A model generated the notes under the pieces. That model saw nothing but the letters and a program-made list of their open reading frames with translations, made no database searches and was not told the DNA's origin. A DNA stretch of 64,000 bases from an uncultured Armatimonadetes bacterium (lineage in GTDB: Bacteria; Armatimonadota; Hebobacteria; Hebobacterales; Hebobacteraceae): the NCBI GenBank assembly GCA_963716175.1, contig OY970296.1:2720001-2784000 (forward strand), given 5' to 3'. Numbering within the stretch: position 1 is the first letter of the stretch; each line of letters opens with the position of its first letter. The translations under genes and the position numbers were made by a program. Below are positions 59,264 to 64,000 of the stretch, piece by piece.

Positions 59264-60490
59264 TCAAGGCGCGGGCATGTCTCCTGCCCGCTGCCGAGTG
59301 ACCTCACTCACCTTTCTGCCTGTGGCGTCATATATCCCCGCCACCCTTGGCCTGCCGCGAGCTACACCTCGGATCACCGCCACATGGGCGCGCGTCACGA
59401 AGGCCTGCGCGCGGAAGCCAAACACCACGGAATCGCCGATCTCCACCTCGGCCGAGCGACGGTCGAGGAGCGCGTAGTAGTCAATCCCACCCAATGGCAT
59501 CAGCTCAGCATCCGCGCGGGCAGCGAGGGCTTTCTCCCCGTCGCTGCCCACCAAGGCGCGCAGTTGGTAGGGCGGGATGACGGGGTCCACATAGAGGCCT
59601 CCGCCCAGCACGTAGGCCTGGTTGCCGTGCAGGTCGGATACCTCTGTCAGGTAGCAGATCGCTGGCGCCTCCGGCAGGTCCACGTAGGCGTGCCACGGGG
59701 TGGTGCCGGTGAAGCCGTGTCCTGGCTCGACATGTGTCGCCCCGGCCTCGCCCAGCAGGTTCATGGTGGCGGCCGAGGTGGTGCCAGGGGCATTGACCTG
59801 GGTGATCTCCAGGCCCGCCTGATGGCGGAGGCGTTCTGCCGCCCGCAGGATGGTCTGCATGTTGGGGGTGAGCGCCACCGTCCCCTTCTCCGGGTAGAAG
59901 AGCAGCGTGGGGAAGCTCGTGACGCCCGCCACCCGCACCCCGGGCAGCCTCGCGATCTCACGCCCGGCCGAGACCGCCTGCTCGAGATCGAAACCGCCAT
60001 CGTGAGTGGGGTAGAAGGTGTCTCCGGGCGCCACCACCCGCAGCAGCAGCTCCTGTGTTCTGCCCAGGCTCTGGGCCGCCTCCGATACCTCGCGCGCTTT
60101 CTCCAGGTTGAACACGGTCCACACCTCTGGCCCCAGGGCGCAGATGCGGCTGGCCTCGCCGCGCGGTATCTGCACCAGATGGCCCACGTGGCCGATCTGC
60201 GCTTTGTGGCGGGCCAGCAGATACGCGCCCATCCAGTCCACGCACACGAACTTCGGCATCCCTGCGCGCGTCACCGCGCGCAGGAAGTGCGGATTCCGGC
60301 CCACCTGCTTGGCCATCGGATACACTCGTAGGCCAGCCGCCTCCGCGGCCGCTTTGATCAGGCGGGCGTTACGCCGGATGGCGTCGAGATCCAGCACATA
60401 GCTATTCGGCGGTATCTCCCCGGCCTGGTGCAGTGCGACCGCGCTTCGGATGAGGCCGGGATTGCGACGCGCTAAGGTCTCCAGGAACAT
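59264..60490 (-). CDS. YhfX-like fold-type III PLP enzyme (alanine racemase superfamily)
   Basis: YPMAKQVGRNP, GHVGHLVQIP, GVTSFP, THVEPGHGFTGTTP, FGFRAQAFVTR. Confidence 0.82.
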   Translation of the reverse strand: MFLETLARRNPGLIRSAVALHQAGEIPPNSYVLDLDAIRRNARLIKAAAEAAGLRVYPMAKQVGRNPHFLRAVTRAGMPKFVCVDWMGAYLLARHKAQIGHVGHLVQIPRGEASRICALGPEVWTVFNLEKAREVSEAAQSLGRTQELLLRVVAPGDTFYPTHDGGFDLEQAVSAGREIARLPGVRVAGVTSFPTLLFYPEKGTVALTPNMQTILRAAERLRHQAGLEITQVNAPGTTSAATMNLLGEAGATHVEPGHGFTGTTPWHAYVDLPEAPAICYLTEVSDLHGNQAYVLGGGLYVDPVIPPYQLRALVGSDGEKALAARADAELMPLGGIDYYALLDRRSAEVEIGDSVVFGFRAQAFVTRAHVAVIRGVARGRPRVAGIYDATGRKVSEVTRQRAGDMPAP

Positions 60491-60626
60491 CTGCCCCTCC
60501 CTCCCAACTGGTTGGGAAGTTACACCTGCTCCGGGGCAGGACCTGCCACCGGCCTCGCAGGCCAGGATGAACTACCGCTGGAGCGTGGAAAGAGATGATA
60601 GCGGCAGCGGAGAAATCATCATAACC

Positions 60627-61946
60627 ATGGACCAGGAAGAGCGGGCGGCGGGCATGGGCATGCCCGCCCCACAGCGCCACGACGGCGATCCCCGCTGGCG
60701 CGTCACCCTCTACACCATGTGGGTGGCGCAGTTGTTCGCCATGATCGGTTTCGCCTTTGTCATGCCCTTCATGCCGTTCTACATCCGCGAGCTGGGGGTG
60801 ACTGACCCGCGCCTTGTTCCGATCTGGGCCGGGCTGCTGGTGACCGGCAGCGGGGTGATGATGAGCCTGGCGGCGCCCGTGTGGGGTTGGGTGGCTGACC
60901 GCCACGGCCGCAAGCTGATGGTGCAGCGGGCGATGTTCGGAGGCGCGCTGATCCTGTCGCTGATGGCCGGGGTGCACAACGTCCGGCAACTGCTGGTGCT
61001 CCGTACCCTGCAGGGCGCGGTCACTGGCACCGTGGCCGCCACTGTGGCGCTGATCTCCACCGTCGTCCCGCGCGCCTACATGGGGTTCAGTCTGGGCTTG
61101 ATACAGATGTCGGTGTTCGTGGGCGGCTCCTTGGGCCCCCTTCTAGGCGGCGCGGCTGCGGAGAAGCTGGGCTATCGCCTGCCATTCGTGATCACGGGAG
61201 GCATGCTGTTCATCGGGGGTCTGCTGGTCTTGTTTGGGGCGAAGGAGCGCTTCACCCGGCCCAGTAGGGACGAGCAAGCGAAAGCCGGCTCCATCCGGGA
61301 GGTGCTCCGGGCTCCCGGAGTGGCGATGCTGCTCTCGGTTTTCACGTTGATGAACCTGAGCGGCTCCTTCGTCGGTCCCATCTTCCCTCTGTTCGTGGAG
61401 AAGGTTGTGGGCCAGCCGGGCCGTGCGGCCTCGGCCACCGGCCTCATCCTGGCCGTCACCGGGGTCACCTCTGCGCTCGCCGCGCTGGTGGTGGGGAGGA
61501 TGAGCGATCGCCTGGGGCACAAGCCGGTGCTGGTGCTGTGCACCGCCTTCACGGGCCTGATGTGCCTGCCGCAGGCTGCCGCCCAGAGTGTGGGTCAGCT
61601 CCTGGTGATGAGGGCGATTTTCGGGCTTGGCGCAGGTGGCATGGTGCCGGCGATGAACGCCATGGTGACGACCCTGGTCCCGAGAACCAGGCTCGGCCAG
61701 GCCTACGGCATCACCACCACCGCCTCTTCTCTGGGCTGGTCGGTCGGGCCTATCATCGGAGGATGGGCGGCCTCCGCCCTGGGGCTGCGGGTTCCGTTTG
61801 TGCTCATGGGTGTCAGTCTGCTGGTGCTGGCGGCGATTGCACAGAAAGGCGTGAGGAGCGCGGAGGCCGTGGAGACCCCCCAGGCCCAGGTGGTTCCGGT
61901 CGGGAGCTGGCTCCAGGAGACCAGTGATGCCATGGAAACCGAGTAA
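60627..61946 (+). CDS. MFS transporter (MdtG/DHA1-like)
   Basis: WGWVADRHGRK, GRMSDRLGHK, about 12 TM; start uncertain. Confidence 0.9.
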   Translation: MDQEERAAGMGMPAPQRHDGDPRWRVTLYTMWVAQLFAMIGFAFVMPFMPFYIRELGVTDPRLVPIWAGLLVTGSGVMMSLAAPVWGWVADRHGRKLMVQRAMFGGALILSLMAGVHNVRQLLVLRTLQGAVTGTVAATVALISTVVPRAYMGFSLGLIQMSVFVGGSLGPLLGGAAAEKLGYRLPFVITGGMLFIGGLLVLFGAKERFTRPSRDEQAKAGSIREVLRAPGVAMLLSVFTLMNLSGSFVGPIFPLFVEKVVGQPGRAASATGLILAVTGVTSALAALVVGRMSDRLGHKPVLVLCTAFTGLMCLPQAAAQSVGQLLVMRAIFGLGAGGMVPAMNAMVTTLVPRTRLGQAYGITTTASSLGWSVGPIIGGWAASALGLRVPFVLMGVSLLVLAAIAQKGVRSAEAVETPQAQVVPVGSWLQETSDAMETE

Positions 61947-62769
61947 GCCCGCCAGGCCGGCGGCGTGGCCGTTCTCCCTTCCCCAGTCTTGGGCCGCGGA
62001 GCAGGTAGAGCAGGTGCGCCGCCGCGTGGACGAGCTCGGGGGTCAGGCCCAATACGGGTGGGGACACACCATCAGCTTCGGTCCCTTTGTCAAAGAGGGA
62101 GTGTTGAAGGACAACTTCCTTCACCTGGTCGGCTACTGGGACGAGTGGCAGTGGTGGCCGGATAGCCTGCGGGGTCTGCGGGTGGCGGACATCGGCTGCC
62201 TCACGGGCGGCATCTCCTTGCTGATGGCGCACCGCGGCGCCGGCGAGGTGTTGGCGGTGGACGAGATCCCCGAGCACATCGCCCAGTGCGCCTATCTCTG
62301 CGAGCTGTTCGGGGTCAGGAATGTGCGGCCCCTCACGGCCTCCCTCTACCGCCTGCCGCAGCTGGTCGAGCCAGGGACCTTCGACCTGGTGGTGTTGAGC
62401 GGTGTGCTCTATCACCTGAGCGATATGCTGGTGGGCCTGCTGATCATGCGGGAGCTGCTCAAGGTGGGAGGGCTGTTGCTGATGGAGAGCTCTGCGGTCA
62501 ACGATGATGAGCACTCCTACGCCAACTTCGGTCGTTTTGCCCAGGGCATGTGGTGGCAGCCCTCCACCCTCTGCATCAAGGATATGTGCGAGTTCGTGGG
62601 GCTCTCGCAGGTGGAGGTGAGGGCGCACCTGCCCGATCGCTGTCTGGCTCGCGCCCGCAAGAGCAGCGATCAGCCGATCGCCTTCCGCCGCGGCCTGAAC
62701 TATGCTTTCGAGGATCTCCGCGACCGGGTGCCGCGCACCATGGACACCAGCACCATGGCGCCCAGGTAG
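61927..62769 (+). CDS. Class I SAM-dependent methyltransferase (CmoB/DUF1698-like)
   Basis: VADIGCLTGG, FDLVVLSGVLYHL, LKVGGLLLME. Confidence 0.82.
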   Translation: MPWKPSKPARPAAWPFSLPQSWAAEQVEQVRRRVDELGGQAQYGWGHTISFGPFVKEGVLKDNFLHLVGYWDEWQWWPDSLRGLRVADIGCLTGGISLLMAHRGAGEVLAVDEIPEHIAQCAYLCELFGVRNVRPLTASLYRLPQLVEPGTFDLVVLSGVLYHLSDMLVGLLIMRELLKVGGLLLMESSAVNDDEHSYANFGRFAQGMWWQPSTLCIKDMCEFVGLSQVEVRAHLPDRCLARARKSSDQPIAFRRGLNYAFEDLRDRVPRTMDTSTMAPR

Positions 62770-62845
62770 CCGGCCAGGAGAGCAGGGCGCGTGGCGAGCT
62801 GACCACGCGCCCTCCGTGACCAGATCCGACCGAGAGGAGTGCAAG

Positions 62846-63003
62846 ATGGCGAAGACCGTGAGGCTGGCAACTACCCAGCGGTGCTGGCAGGAGACGCCGC
62901 CCACTATGACTGCATCACGGTGCGGGGAGGCCGCGTCGCACAATTCGGCGTTGTCCCTAACGTCGGGCTTGCCCTCGTGAGGGTGGACCGGGGCCGGAGA
63001 TAG
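62846..63003 (+). pseudogene. Gene remnant (5' start fused out of frame to a 3' end)
   Basis: GAGGAG SD + MAKTVRLATTQ, then another frame VLAGDAAHYDC...VRVDRGRR*. Confidence 0.35.
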
Positions 63004-63099
63004 ACGGTTGCGCGCAGATGGGAGCGAGGGGAATGAGCAGAGGCAAGTGGGCGGTGGTGTTGGCGGTGCTCGCGGCGGCGCTGGCGGCCGCGATGGCAC

Positions 63100-63832
63100 T
63101 GGACCCGAGGCTCTACCCGGTCCGCTGCTGCCTGGGCAGACGTCTTCGGCCGGGGCCGGAGCAGGATGTCCCGCACCGTAGTCGCTGAGACGAAGACGCT
63201 CAGCGCCCAAAGGGCCATGGCGATGCGATGGCGGCCCCACATTGGGTTCTGGCGGAAGATGTCCCAGATCAGCTGAGCGATCTTCCGAGGCGTCTTGTTG
63301 ACGGGCCCAATGTGCTCTCGGCGACCCCCGAGCTTGCCTGCCTGGAAGGCCTTGAGCCAGCGGTGAACGCTCGATCGCGCCACCCCGAAGGTGTCCTTCA
63401 CCCGCCGCTTCGGGATCTGGTAGTACGCGATCAGCCAGAGCAGGCGCAGCCGCTCCACCAGGGGATAGGGCCGTCTCGGTCGTTCCTCCCCGAGGCGTCT
63501 CTCCAACAACTCCAGGCGCGCATCCCGGAACGCCACGGCGTCCTCCAGCATCACGACGCGCGCCTCCAGCTCAGCGACCCGTCCAGCCTCCGCATTCGTG
63601 CACGCCTGCTCCAAGCAAAGCCGACGCTTGCGGCTAGCCCAGCGGGCACTGACCACCAGCGCCCTTACGATCAGCGACACCGACGCCTCGTAGATCTCCA
63701 CAGTGCTGACTCCCAAAGAGAATGCGGCGCCCAACGGCGCCGCACGGCAGTCTCAGATCATACGGGAAGGGGTCAATCGAGGCAAGGCCAGAACGCTCTC
63801 ACAGCGGTCTCATCGGCCCTCGACACCTACAA
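63100..63832 (-). mobile_element. Truncated IS element, HTH N-terminus of an integrase-core (rve) transposase; catalytic domain missing
   Basis: FGVARSSVHRW, RQNPMWGRHRI...VSATTVRDIL in ORF 62904..63734; no DDE domain follows. Confidence 0.65.
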
Positions 63833-64000
63833 CAGGCGTCAGGCTTTTTTTCGCAGCACCTCCTGCAGCATCGCCTTGTCCAGCGTCAGGTCAGCCACCA
63901 GCTGTCGCAGCCTGCGGTTCTCGTCTTCCACCTGCCGCAGCCGCCGGATCTCCGATACCCCCAGTCCCGCATACCGCCGCTTCCATCGGTAGAACGTCTG
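63833..64000 (-). mobile_element. IS3-family element, 3' half of orfA with -1 frameshift site; orfB interrupted
   Basis: QTFYRWKRRYAGL...LEDENRRL-like...VADLTLDKAMLQEVLRKKA* (63839..64000); A7 run at 63845..63851. Confidence 0.88.

Overview
High-GC bacterial chromosomal window (roughly 70% GC by eye). The gene style suggests an uncultured lineage such as Armatimonadota, but this is inference only. It is densely coding. In order it holds: a LemA-LemA-PilT-PilT-large membrane protein operon; sugar enzymes; a QueT-type ECF transporter behind an Lhr helicase; a MEMO1/NTPase pair; a DegT/epimerase/Gfo operon; a sulfatase; an STT3-like membrane protein; an orphan ParA with a TPR partner; glycosyltransferases split by a HicAB module; an Rrf2-led pstSCAB-like operon; GGT and an HlyD/ABC-2 efflux operon; an MgtE-N/CBS + NRAMP pair; a YhfX/kinase/GH4/ceramidase-like operon; an MFS and a methyltransferase; and IS debris at the right end. 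No rRNA, tRNA or CRISPR array was seen. About six genes carry single-base frameshifts, probably assembly errors. The best leads are: (1) a candidate metal-sensing riboswitch/attenuator (consensus promoter, multi-hairpin leader, mutually exclusive terminator/antiterminator) upstream of the MgtE-N/NRAMP pair that does not resemble the M-box; (2) an Rrf2-controlled Pst-like transporter whose binding protein has Ala where PstS has phosphate-contacting Ser/Thr; (3) several families of short palindromic elements that sit in-frame inside genes, one precisely nested in another.
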